Shown in pieces: positions 26,301-38,477 of a stretch of DNA of 64,000 bases. The DNA is from Klebsormidium nitens (taxonomy: Eukaryota; Plantae; Klebsormidiophyceae): assembly GCA_000708835.1 (NCBI GenBank), contig DF236951.1, forward strand, positions 372,101 through 436,100. The letters run 5' to 3'. Both the position numbers and the translations under genes were made by a program. A model generated the notes under the pieces. It saw only the letters and a program-made list of their open reading frames with translations, did no database searches and was not told where the DNA came from. Within the stretch, counting starts at the first letter, position 1, and each line of letters starts with the position of its first letter.

Positions 26301-29300
26301 CCTGCACCGCGAAGAACTGCTCGTCCTCGTGACACGTGGCGTCCCGGTCGTGATTCGCGGAGCGCAGCTTCTCGGGCGCCAGGCGCATGAGGTCTTTAAG
26401 CACTTGGACGACTTGGTCCTCGCACGGGTCGGCTCCGCCGGCCGTTGTCGCCAGCCCGTACAGCTGTGGGTCGCGCCCGAAGTGGTCGAAGCACGAGTAG
26501 CGCTTCCTGTATGCGGTGGACGTGGAGAGCATAAGAGATGAGCGGAGGGGCGGGAGATGAAAGTTTGCATGAAGCATGCGACAAGTTACTGACAAGAGAT
26601 GTTGAAAGAGGTGCCCGAAGTGGTCGAAGCACGAATAGCGCTTCCTGAAGGAGGATATTCGTGGAGAGCATGAGAGATCCCGCACGAGCATGAAGGGAAA
26701 CATACCGAGGCAGAAGGAAAGATGTGAACGTAGCGCTTCGTGACGACTGAACCGCGGGCGTAAGGAATGAGGCTGAGCATGGACAGTAGGTACCAAATCA
26801 GAAAAGAAAAGGGTGTGGGATCGAGAAGCTGTGGGCACCGCTCAAAGTGGTTGAAGTGATCCGCGCTGCGCTTGCGAAACCATTCTGTCCGCTTTTCACA
26901 ATATTCTCGCAGTAAGAAGGTTGAATTCCAGATCTGAACCTTTCTATGCAAAGCGCACCTCTTCTAGATATCGGGCGTGCTCATGCACGAACGGCCCGTG
27001 AAGCGATACAGCTGTACGTTTTTTGGCTTAACGATTTGACGCCACATCCTCGCGCACCAACTGCTGTCTTATTATTCGAAATCAGTTGCATTTGGTGTGG
27101 CTAACTCCCCTGGTCAGCCTTGAGGTGACAGCTGACCTGCTGAAGTTGATAGGAAAACCCAAAATTCAAGAAGGTATCATCCTAATTCTCGAAGTCCAAC
27201 GGAAAAGTGCTGTAAGACTTACTTGGTGCGCTCCGCCGTATCTGGGTCGACTTTCTCGAGGTACTCAATGACTGCCTCCATCGACTTGTGCAGGCTGTAC
27301 AGGTCGAAGCCGTACAGACCCACCGTAGAACTGCGAAATTTCGAAGACTCGAGAGATTTATGTGGGTCTATAGTGTGTGTCAAAGAGGCTATTATACAGA
27401 AGGCAAAGTCTGACTGCTAACCGCCACAGTTGAAGTATCTTGAAACCACTGCAGAGAGTCGTGAGCAAAGAGCTTCGTGAGGGCTCCACCTTTAAGACGT
27501 CTTTCATGTAGAACGATCTTTTCTTCTGGCGGTTCGGAATCGGACAGTAAAGGGAAAAAGGAGTCGAAAAGCTTCAAACGTCCTTTTGTAAGCAGAAGAT
27601 GCCGCTCATTGGTTTGCTGAACCCAAAACGTCCTTTTGATTAAAAGAGACGTGCGCACGATACTGGCGTGATAATGCAGAATCTCTTTGAGGTCACCTAT
27701 ACCTGCTTCAACCAGAGAGCAAAATAACTGGATGTTCCGATTGCCCTGTCCGGAACCGGAAAGCCTGGCCGGAACCAAGAGCCCAAAGGCGGTAGCTGTC
27801 AAGGACAATCAGCTTACGTGTTTTCAAGTTTCTCGCCGGCCCGCTCCTTCGCAAAGATCTCCCTGCACAGTGGACAAGAAACAGCCATTGTCAAAAACCC
27901 TTTGCCACAAGTTAAAATCGTCGGACTACGTATCGTTAGGAAGAACCTCAGGCCCTGGCGTAAAAGGCGAACCGCGCAACCTCTTCAATCTGCAAAACCT
28001 TCCAGTTGCGATCGCAGGCACTCTTTGGATCCGATCAGACAAATGCTTCCAGTTTCAGACCATGGCTAGGGGGAACGGTCTTTATCCAGTATTTTCAGCC
28101 AATTGAGCGCATATAGCTCTGATCACACCTTCTGTATCCGTTTTCATGCAGACGAGCTGAACCTGCACCTTCCCGGCCAAGCCGTGGTCCAAAGTTATGT
28201 GCTGCACAAAATCTTCGCAGAATGCTGAAGCTAAAAACTTTCATTGGCCAATCAAAGAGCCAGAGTCTACCAAGTCGAAGTCGGTTGGAAGTCCTGCGCT
28301 CAAGATTCCTACGAAATCAGGTTCTGTTGCGCATTGACATTTTGCTTTGAGCGGCTGGGGTTGACCAGTCATCGTCAGATTTCAACACGCAAGACACCCA
28401 CTCCTTCTGCCAAAGCCACAAAAAGCAATCTCGTTCACCGTTGAAACCCACTGGTTCTGCCAAACCTGCAGTTAGTGAGTTCATCTCCGCGTAAAACTCA
28501 CTGGTTGAGTTCAGTAACATTAAGAGCACGTGTTTCACTCACTGGTTGTGTTTCTTAGCCCACTCCACGAAGTCCACCATGACGGTGTTGCGCCACATCC
28601 AGGTGGGGAACCTCTTAAACCCCTCGAGCGCCTCCGCGGCGCTGCCGTCGCCCTTGAGGCCGCGCACGTAGCGGTGCGCGCGCGCCATGTCGGGCCAGTC
28701 CGCCTCGCACACCACCATGGAGAAGCCCTGCACGACGCGTGGCGCGTTCTGGTTGGTGGGATCCATAAAATGATATGAAGCACTTTGGAGAGATTCGAGC
28801 GGGGTGATACATAGTAGGTGAGCGTGCACATGTCAGTGAATTCGCTTCAAAGAGATTGAAGCCAAGCTCGACCAAGCTTGACTCGTAAGTCGAACAACTT
28901 TCGTGGATCGAGGAGGCAACTGAGAAACAGACGGCTCTCTGTACCTTCGCAAATTCCAACTCGCCCCCAGAAGAAAAAGAAACCCACTTCCCCGAACAAA
29001 CCACCAACCCAGAAAGACGTCAATGGAATCCACGACTTGAGCCCCCGCACCTTTTCCCGACACGCCATCTGGTGACCTTGGCCAGATACTCGCGAAAGTC
29101 AGCTCAGAGGGGATCAGTTCACCCCCTAAAGTTTTCAAAGAAGCCACCACAAACCGACAAGCCTCGCACCTTTTCCTCGACAAGCCGCTTGGTGATCTTG
29201 GCCCGTTGCTCGTAGGGAGCCAGTTCAGAAGGGATCCGTTCACCCCCTTCCAGGATCACAAAAAGCTACGAAAAATCTCGGCAGAACTCGTACCTTTTCC

Positions 29301-30816
29301 TCGACGAGCCGTTTGGTGATCTTGGCCCGTTCCTCGTAGAAGTCGTGCGTCCCGTGGCTGGCCTCCCCGATCAGAACCACCTGCGCATCGCCGATGTCGC
29401 GCAGCAGTCCGTCGTAGGCCTTCTTCGGGTCTCCGGACAGCAGGACGATGTGCGGCTGGATCTTCTCCTCCATCTGGACGTCCGCAGGGCTGACCGCTTT
29501 GCTACGAGAATTCGGACGAAGACAACGTCGGAAAAAGTAATGGAAGCCCAACAGGCTTTGGTAGTTGAGACGGATCTTTTTGGGGTCTCCGGACCGCAGG
29601 ACGATGTGCGGCTAGATCTTTTCTTCCATCTGGGCGTCCGCAGGGCTGATCGCTTTGCTGCAAGAACTCGGACGGAGGATTTTGTAGATCCTTTTGAAAA
29701 CGGCAAAGGTTGGAGGGCTTCGGAAGTTGACACAGTGATTATGAGACAGCAGGACAGTTTGTGGCTGGGTTTCGCCTTCGTATGGACGTCCGCAGGGCTG
29801 ATTGCTTTGCTGCAGAGAAAGCGGACGGTGGAATTGTCAATCAAATGACTCGAAAAGATTGAAACTTGTGGTTGGGACGGATCTTGTCGGGGTGACCAGG
29901 ATGTGCGGCAGAATAAGCTTCGCCATTCGGACGTCCGTAGGGCGTCCTGCTTTGGCTGGACACTTCAGCTTTTACGTTTCCCCTAACATGCACATGCAGC
30001 AATGAGCATGCAGGTCGACAACTAACAAACAGAGCATGTAACGAGAGCAAAAAGTAGGAGGCACAAATTCTTTTTCAGAGCTACAGGGAAAGGGAACGGT
30101 TTGTTGAGAGCAAACGCCGTGCGGTTGCTTTCCTAAGATGTTTGATTCGGCAAGCCTTGCATGCCTAGGACTCCATGCGTTGATCCTGAAATCAAATTGC
30201 TTAAGGGAGAGGGTTCTCTCGAAACAGCGCCAGACGTCCTTTCTTAACAGGGAAACGGCTAGCAATGCATGCTTTCTTTTCAGCGGACAGCGAAGCAGTA
30301 TCCTTCTGTTTCTCATACATACACGCATGTCACCAGTTGGCTTTGGAAAGATTTAATCCAATTCTATTCCATACATCTTCCTATTAAAAGCACTCAGCGG
30401 TATGCCAGGAACGTACCCTGTAGTCCCATGCACACTGCATTTCCAGAAAGAAAGTATAAATAAAATGCTTCTTACCTGAAGAAATGAACGAGAGCCGAAA
30501 AGATTGCTGCTCTCAGGCTGACAGCCGTTTGGCGCGGTGCAGAAAAGCTAGGCTCCCCAATCTGCAGCTGACTTCGAGGTCGGATGCTTCTCCTCCTTAT
30601 ATCCTTCCAGCCAGCTTGTAGCACCCTTCGAAGGCTCCTTCCGAGTCCTGCTTCTTCAGTAGCTCTGCTTTCAAGCCCTTGATTCGTCAGCAGAGATTTG
30701 GCTGTGAACTTCCTCTCAGGTACCAAAGTTGAGTCGGACAGCAGGCGGCTTCCTTGTCCAAGAGAAAACGACGCGGTTAGCTGGTTCATAAGCAAGCGCT
30801 TGGCAGAGCACAGCAT
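23303..30816 (-). CDS. Erythromycin esterase-family protein (bacterial type) with N-terminal organellar presequence; 10-11 exons
   Basis: Exons 30816-30476, 29501-29294 ([28 protein letters not shown]), 28727-28543 ([30 protein letters not shown]), possibly ~27989-27931, 27330-27223 ([11 protein letters not shown]), 26506-26302, 25908-25803 (SWNLRDKHM), 25123-24946 ([15 protein letters not shown]), 24617-24512 ([12 protein letters not shown]), 24292-24164 ([20 protein letters not shown]), 23428-23303 ([20 protein letters not shown]). All joins are GT-AG and phase-consistent. Confidence 0.9.
26470..26880 (-). repeat. Serial intronic copies of the acceptor plus 5' end of the ERE-like exon starting at 26506
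   Basis: Real exon start cag|GAAGCGCTACTCGTGCTTCGACCACTTCGGGC at 26506; near-identical copy with its own cag at 26644; more degenerate copy near 26830-26875 (translates [18 protein letters not shown] versus [17 protein letters not shown]). Confidence 0.85.
29041..29340 (-). repeat. Serial intronic copies of the 3' end plus donor of ERE-like exon 2
   Basis: GGCCAAGATCACCAAACGGCTCGTCGAGGAAAAG|gt at 29294 is repeated with a GT donor at 29170 (close copy) and at 29051 (more diverged copy). Confidence 0.85.
29430..29960 (-). repeat. Serial intronic copies of the acceptor plus 5' end of ERE-like exon 2 (~150-bp period)
   Basis: ag|CAAAGCGGTCAGCCCTGCGGACGTCCAGATGGAGGAGAAGATC at 29501, with copies starting at 29657, 29809 and ~29954. 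Confidence 0.85.
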
Positions 30817-31942
30817 GGCGAAAGCTGCTCTAGGCGCGCATTAGGTTCCTGCGGTCTCTGGTTCCAGCGCTCTGCCCTTTGACTGAAGATGCATGAGCAT
30901 TGCTACAAGTCCGAGGTCGAAGTATACTTACGTGCTTCGCAGACATTATATCCCTGGATGGCAAAATCTGAAGCAAAGAGGATCAATTCAACAAGATGCT
31001 CTCGTCCTCTTGTTTTGCTCGCAGACGCCAGTGCAAACCATTATGTCGAGTTCAAGACTTGGACAACCAAAGCTCAGGTCTTTGCCTCGGCTTCTCGTGT
31101 ACGTCTCGAGGTTCGAAGCATGGATTAAGATTAGATCGTGCATGGATATGGTTGTCTGACGACTTAGAGTTGATCCGTTTCGCTTACTGTAGACGTCGAA
31201 GCAGTGCTTGCAAGCTCGTGTGTTAAGAAGACTGCTCATGCTGCTGCATGAAAAGGCTTCGAAGAGAAGATCAATGCTCTTTCTGGCCGATGAATGCAAG
31301 CACGAGATCGAAGCTCTAGCTGGCAGTTGCTGCGCAGGAATTCATGCATCGAAGCACATGAGAGCGCATGGCGTCCGCCGCTATGCTGATTTACCTTGGA
31401 TGCTGCTGACAACTGGGACACCTGATCGAGTGTGTGCGCAAGCACCGGTTAGGCGCACCACTCTTTACGGGTCACCATAACCCTGATTCCTGGAATCCTC
31501 AGCGTCTATCTCAGTCGTTCAATTCATCATCGAACGGGTGATGTTTAAAGTTTTATAACACGTGGTTTCGATGCGGCGACCCGAGCTAGCCATAACCAGG
31601 TAGGTTAAACTTGACTAGCTGCACGGGATAAAACTGACGAGTGGCAAGCCCAGAAGGCAAGACCTGGAAATGGCCAGGCGTTCACAACGTTCAATCTTAG
31701 ATCGATCGCATTACTAATTCACAAGCAAGCTAGCAAGCAAGCAGGTCTTCTCAGATGCTGCAATATCTTCCTACAGCCTGTTGTTAGAGGGCGGTAATCT
31801 GTGTGCTCTCTACGCATTTCACACACGCTCCTGCTTGGCATTGATAGGACGAAGTGACAGAAGATCACGTCGGCCTTAATCAGCATTGTTGATTGTTGGA
31901 TTGGTAGCCGCTTTGTGTGGGTGCAGATAGCAGCTGCTTACC
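30817..31942. promoter_or_regulatory. Probable shared divergent promoter region between the ERE-like gene and PPT
   Basis: Head-to-head arrangement of start codons at 30816 (-) and 31943 (+). No specific element was identified. Confidence 0.35.
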
Positions 31943-34900
31943 ATGGCCATGGTTGCATCAATTGCCCGGTCCAATGCCGCAACCGGGATCACAACGTGCT
32001 CCGCATCGCACCAGAAGGAAAGGAACTGTGGCAGGGCATCACCTGCATTCTTCAGATCCCCACCACTTGCAGCCAAGCAGACTGTTTCACCACACAAGGT
32101 CTTGTGTTCCTCATTCGCTGGGGTTGAAATCAAGATTCCCTCTAGGCCCCTCAGCAGACAGACGAAGGCAGTCGACAGAGTTCGGTGCCAGGCAGCAGCT
32201 GGAGGGGAAGAAGCGGCCCCTCTTGAAATTCCAAAGGTTGAAACCCCAAAGGAAACCGAGCTCACGAAGACTCTGCAGCTAGGGGCCCTCTTCGGCGGGT
32301 GGTACTTGTTTAATATTTACTTCAACATCTATAACAAGCAGGTAAGGCAATCACAGCACATAACGAATGCCCAATCAACCGCTCAACAGAGATCTTGTCA
32401 AAAAGCAGGGCCTGAAGTTGGGGAGTAGTGAGGAACTGTGAGTTGAACAGTTCCATTGATTGCTTCCGCAGGCGCTCGGCTTCTGCTTATTTTCTTGGAG
32501 AGAGATGCACTCTCAAATGTCAATCAGTTCATCCTCTTGCAGCAAGATCTGCACTTGCCCAGAATCTTTGGCGGGTTCGCTTTTTGTCAGATCTCAGACG
32601 ACTAGATATCATAGGACTGCTAGCATTCAACTTGAGGTAAAGCAACAACATAAGCGCTCAGCTTAATGGAATGATACACCAAGTCTGCTTTCTGCTGCGC
32701 TGTTCCAGACTTGATGCCCTGCCCCTCACATGTGGCCACATTGCTACCTCAGCAAACTGCCTGAACACACAAGTCGACTCTCGGTCCGCCTATGAACACA
32801 AGGCCACACAAATTCGATTGCCTTGAGGAGGCTACAGCCCTTGATGCCGCGTATATCTTTCTCATAATGGACTGGCCTCCGTTAAAACCGTCAGCGCGAA
32901 TCCCAAAGAGCTGTCAGGAACACTGTCAGAGTAGAATAAGTAACTGAAGAGAAAAACACACCAACCATACTGTGAATTGATACCTCTGCAGGTCCTCAAG
33001 GTGTTCAAGTTTCCCATAACCTGTACGCAAGTGCAACTAGGCGTGGGGCTTGTCTGGTCCCTCTTTATGTGGGGCACAGGCCTGTACCCAAAGCCCAACA
33101 TCTCCAGAGACCAGGTAGGATAATCTGACTGCTCTCTTTCTCCGATTGTAGCCCCAGCATCAGATCTTGGCGAGGGGCATAGACAAAGTCCTCTCAGAGG
33201 GAGGCGGGCGATGGATGTACGTCAAGGGGATTGGTCGCAGTGGTCAAGCTGGGACCCTCACTACGATCTCGGACAGTATAATTTGTTGAAACTTGAAGCT
33301 TGAAATAGGTTAAATCGAAGCCAATGAGTTAGTGGTGGAATGCGTCTGCGCTTGCGTTCTGATCTTGAATGCCTTTTAATACCCCTCTTCATTGACCTTG
33401 CAACCGCACATTTCCCTTTTCTGTGGCAGCCAATGAAGATCGTGCACCCGTCTCTCTTACCATGATAGTCTCTCTCCCTTGTCTTTTGCAGCTGATCGCG
33501 ATCACGCCGCTAGCTCTCGTCCATGCGCTGGGGAACTTGTTTACCAACCTGAGTCTGGGCAAGGTCGCCGTCTCATTCACGCACACCATTAAAGCGATGG
33601 AGCCGTTCTTCTCGGTGCTACTCTCCAGCATCTTCCTGGGAGACGTGAGCGGCCAATCGCAACACTGAGGCTTGGAAGGACTTACTTGGAGGACTGCTTG
33701 GAAGAATCACCTGAACAAGTCACCCGAATCGTGCTTCAGTCGGGTTTCTGAAAGTCTTGCATTTTTTGGCTGGCACCTAAACGACAGGCAGTTCTTGTAC
33801 TACCGAAGGAAGTCGCAAATGCTCAGCATGGAAAGAAAGTTGAACTCTTTGTGCTTGCAGAAACCGCAACTACCAATCGTTTTGTCTTTGCTGCCAATCG
33901 TGGCCGGCGTCGGGCTTGCATCCGCAACGGAAGCCTCCTTCAATTGGTGAGCCATCCGCTTCCCTTCGACGGGGATGCAGCGCAACATGTAGTCAAGTGC
34001 TGCCCAACACAGATCTCTGTCGGGAGGGGTTCTTCGCCTAAGAAGCACGCCTTTGAGCTTTTCAAGTCGACAAGTTGAGGGCTTTCGAAGTTTGCAGTCT
34101 TGGAGGTTTGCAGAGTCATTTAGTCAGTCGACCTCATAGGTGTTGCTTGTTTCTGCTCAGCCCAGCACTAATAGAACGAGGACTGTTTCAGTCTGCTCAG
34201 GTTTGCTCTGAGCCTGGCGTGTCTGCTTGACTAGACTTTGATAGTTCTGTATGCTATACACTCTGTCAGTCACACTTCCTCTCGTCCAATTTCGAAGAGA
34301 CGTGGACTGAGATCCACAATCCACTCACACGATGTAAAGGACCAATACGAATGCTTCCAACAACCAAATGCTCGACATCGAGCCCCTTTTTGCTCTAATA
34401 GGCTGTGGATCTGGAAAGTAGCCACGTCATCGTGATCCTTTCCCTGCGTTTTGAACGTCTTTGCAATTATCGCCAGGCTAGAATCGATCGGGCTCCAGAC
34501 TTGAACCCAGAAGCAGGTGACGGACGCAATCAACGTCAGCGTGCTTTTCCAGTGCTTACTCGTATCTTGCGTCGTCGCAGGGCGGGCTTTTTGAGCGCCA
34601 TGGCCTCCAACCTCACCTTCCAGTCGCGCAACGTCCTGTCAAAGAAAGTCATGGTCAAGAAAGAGGTGAGACTTCTCGCGAGCATGTTCAAATGCATACC
34701 TAGGAGACCATGTGATAAACTGGCATCTGTTAGAGATGTGTCAAAGTACCTCGTAGTAACATCGGTGAAAATGGAAAAGAGAGACAAAACAAAAACAAAA
34801 AGACCATTGCCGGCCGCCAATTACTTTCACGTTGAGTAGAAGGATGGAAGCCGCATCGGTTCGTCTCTGCTTGCAACACGACAAGCTTGAAGTTCGGGAG

Positions 34901-37151
34901 CTTTCCAATTACCTGGGGAACAGTAATCGCCGAAATGGTTCAAAGGCTCTTGGAGAGCATATTGATCGTGTCAGCATTTGGGCTTCCACCATTTTCGAGC
35001 GATAATGACATACCTTCGAAAACTTTTGTAGTACAGAGCTGTTCCCGTCGCTACAAGTGCCTGTATAAACTGAAAGAACTTTAACTCGTCCCAACAACGG
35101 AGGTTAAAGTAATACCTGGTCGTTGCGTGAATTGGCAACCAGTCGCATCTGTCACCGCGGCCACCGCAAGGGAGGAATCCATAGGAACTAAAGGCTGGAA
35201 CACTTGCATCGACAGGACCCACGAGGTTCTGTGCTGATAGGATCGCAAGTGTACGCTCTGCAGCACCCTCTGGCCAGCCCGTCCTTTCTGCAATTGTTGC
35301 CTTCATTCGTCGAGCAAGAATATGTTCGTTGTTTGCAGAAGTCCTGAACACCAGCCACGTGTCCGATTCGATTACGGTCATAGCCGTCCACTGTCGACAT
35401 TCCTTTGAGTTGGGTGCGTCGTCTGCTCTGCAGGACCTTCCGGTCAACACCAACATATCCCCTTCCATCGTGAATGTAAGACTCATCTGTCGAAATTTCC
35501 TGATACAGCGGTATGATTCTGCTCTGCAGGGGTCTTTGGACAACATCAACCTGTTCTCTGTCATCACCATTATCGCCTTCTTCCTCCTCCTTCCGCTGAC
35601 TCTTGCCACGGAGGGCGTCAAGCTGACGCCAGCATACCTGGAAGCAGCGGTAAGCAATACATCCCAAACCTGAAGCAAAGCAGTAAGCAGCGGGCGTTCA
35701 GGTGTCTGGTCCTGATAAGCTTCTGACATGCTCATGCAGGGTCCGTCTTGTCTTGGCTTCTTTTTGAATATTCTTACGGCATAAAGGGGAGGGTTTTGAG
35801 TAGATTGAAATGGGACAATCATTCCGCCGTCTGCGGATCTCTCCGCTTATGCGTCCGGCGGTTGCGGGCTCACGAGGATGACGTCATTGTCGCCCTGTAT
35901 CGCTGCAGGGATTGGACGTGAAGCAGGTGTTGACACGTGCCCTCCTCGCCGGCTTCTGCTTCCACGCCTATCAACAGGTAAGCTACAATAAGGCAATACC
36001 CAGAGGTATTTAGTAATCGCGGGATCGGCCGCGATCTGGCTCCACGCTCCCATCAACATCTGGGTTTTGAATATTGGATATGACGGTTACGAGGAAAGTC
36101 GTCCAGAAAGCAAAACTTCGCAAGTGCAATTTCAAACTTCGTCCGTTCTCCGCGAAACATGACGTCAAAACAGCGATCCAAGCCGCATTCTAGTATCGAC
36201 TCGATAAGCCGACATTTGTTACTGCCCGGTTCGCTCCCCCCGGTTGCTTTCGCCCCCTTGATTCCACCCGGTTGACCTCCCCGGGGCCTCTCCAGGTGTC
36301 GTACATGATCCTGTCCAAGGTGACGCCCGTGACGCACTCGGTCGGGAACTGCGTGAAGCGGGTCGTCGTCATCGTGACGTCAGTGATCTTCTTCAAGACG
36401 CCGGTGTCCGCCATCAACGCAGTCGGTACGTGTCCCCCCCTCGACTTCCCTTGTGCAGAAACTATCCAGGCTTTCAATGAGAGTTTTTAGCTTTCTCGCA
36501 ACTTCTGCGTGCGCTGGAGCTTTGCGGTTCTTTAGTCTCTCTCCAAGCGGTCGGTGCGTCTCTTGGCCTCACTTTCTGTGGGTCTTATCTTCTCGGCCTC
36601 ACTCGCTCGGTCTTGGCTTTTTAGATTACTAGAAGTTCGAGGCCTTCGGTGATATTATCTGATTTCCTTCTTTCCTTGTTATTGCCCAGCTCCTAGTTAA
36701 CCTAGCTTGATGAAAAAGCTCCTTGAAGTGACTGTCAATTAAGGAACTTAGACTGCCCTCTCTGGCTTCCTTTGATTCTCATTTGAGCGCATGTCAATGC
36801 TGTACGCGTCAATCACTAGAATCAGTAGCGCTTGCTAAGGCGACATCTCGGCGTCTTTCATCTCTGTTTAATGAGAGGCCGATATTCCGGCGTAAGCAAT
36901 CAGAGAGATGAAGGTTCTGATATTCTTGTATCAAACACTGCTGGCCCGGTATATGAATCCAAGCAATCGTGCCGATACATCAAGCTGAACCCAAATGCAT
37001 CCTGCCGAGAGGAAGATCAACTATCCTTGGAAAAGATGAGCTTCTAGCCAGATGTACCTCGTTTTTTGCAGGTACGGCCGTGGCTCTCTCCGGCGTCTTC
37101 CTGTATTCACGAGTCAAGGCTTCGATGACGAAAAAGGAAAAGTTGGCTTGA
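31943..37151 (+). CDS. PPT: Plastid phosphoenolpyruvate/phosphate translocator, 9 exons, with transit peptide
   Basis: [14 protein letters not shown]|[43 protein letters not shown]|[28 protein letters not shown]|[26 protein letters not shown]. These are PPT-type rather than TPT/GPT-type wordings. All junctions are GT-AG and in phase. Confidence 0.92.
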
Positions 37152-38477
37152 TGTCGCAAAAGGTCGGTTCGGCTTTGAGGTAGACTTGCCTAGCTTTGGA
37201 GACCATAACTCGGACCCAAGGTGTGGCCAAGGTAAATGCAAACTCGAACGAAGACGTAGCACTTTGTCCGAAGGGCCTATGCACTTGCGTTTTGAAGATA
37301 TACATAAGGTGTCTTAGTTGAAGCCCCATTTGACATTGATCTAGACATTATTGAACACTTAGAGCATGTGTATGGGAACCCTGTACAAATCATGAAGCTT
37401 GAGCACGGCATGCGTGCTAATGAAAAGCTTGGTAATATTTCTGCTTGTACGTGATCAGGGCCGTTTACCGCAACTTAGGCCGTCATCGAAGCTTATTGTA
37501 CTAGTTTCCACAAGCGCCGAACTTTGCGTCGCAAGTCCTTTGGTTCTGCGACTTCAGTGTGCCACGGTCATGCAAGTCACGTCCTCAACTTGGCAAAGAG
37601 TTGAACATAAGGTATACACTCAGATAAGCGCTATTCAAGGTATGCTGACGACTAATCTGTGTGGCTGTCAATCAGTGGGAGTAGCTCGAGCCTGCCGGGT
37701 GCGTAGACATGTCTGCTAATCATGCGCGCACACATATATCATGTTGGTAACGTACAGCTAGATCTGGCATGCATGGTGCCAGGTATATATACGGCTTTCG
37801 CCTTATATTCTTTACAACGCATATAGCTTGAAACACGCTTGAAAGAAAGTCGAAAATGGTCGGAGCCTGTACTATATATGTATCAACGCGCGAGCCGCAG
37901 TGACTGCACGGCACCGGCCACATGCATATCGCACATCCATGCTGACTTGCACCGAGTGATATACTAATCATGTAAGTGACCTCGATCATGGGCACGACGG
38001 TAGCGTAGTACTCAAATTCCCGTGACTTTACGCGCCATGACGGAAGTGCATTCTTCTAGGGACTCAGCTAGGATTCGGTCCTGATCGACTTCTCAAGAGT
38101 ACTTTCTGTAGCTCCAGGTTCGATCATATACAAGGCTTTGCAGCTTCTTGTTATGTACAGCCTTAGTAGACGGTTCAATGCATACACATGTGCATACGAC
38201 TCCGAGACATGTTGAACAGAAAACATTCAAAGTCACATGAGCATACGACTCCGAGACATGATGAAAGGAAAGCAAACAAAGTCGTCCGTTGTTTGGCCGT
38301 TACTCGGGCCTTCAGTAAGTGATTGACGTAAGCTAGCTTGAGCTCTGACGGTAAATACTCCATGGTTTTTCAGCATCCTTTCCTGGCGGCCAATTTGGCT
38401 TTGCACACAAGATACGGTAGTCCTCTATCAGATCGATGCGTCCCATAGTTGCTGCCAACTTAAGCTCACAGCCCTTG

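Noticed and set aside
34971-35822. 283-aa antisense ORF overlapping PPT intron 5 and exon 6
   Set aside because: Partly the shadow of a PPT exon, with no recognisable domain; the length is only borderline beyond chance.
38192-38261. 19-bp direct repeat CATACGACTCCGAGACATG, two copies
   Set aside because: Only two units; a local duplication, not a CRISPR array or an element end.
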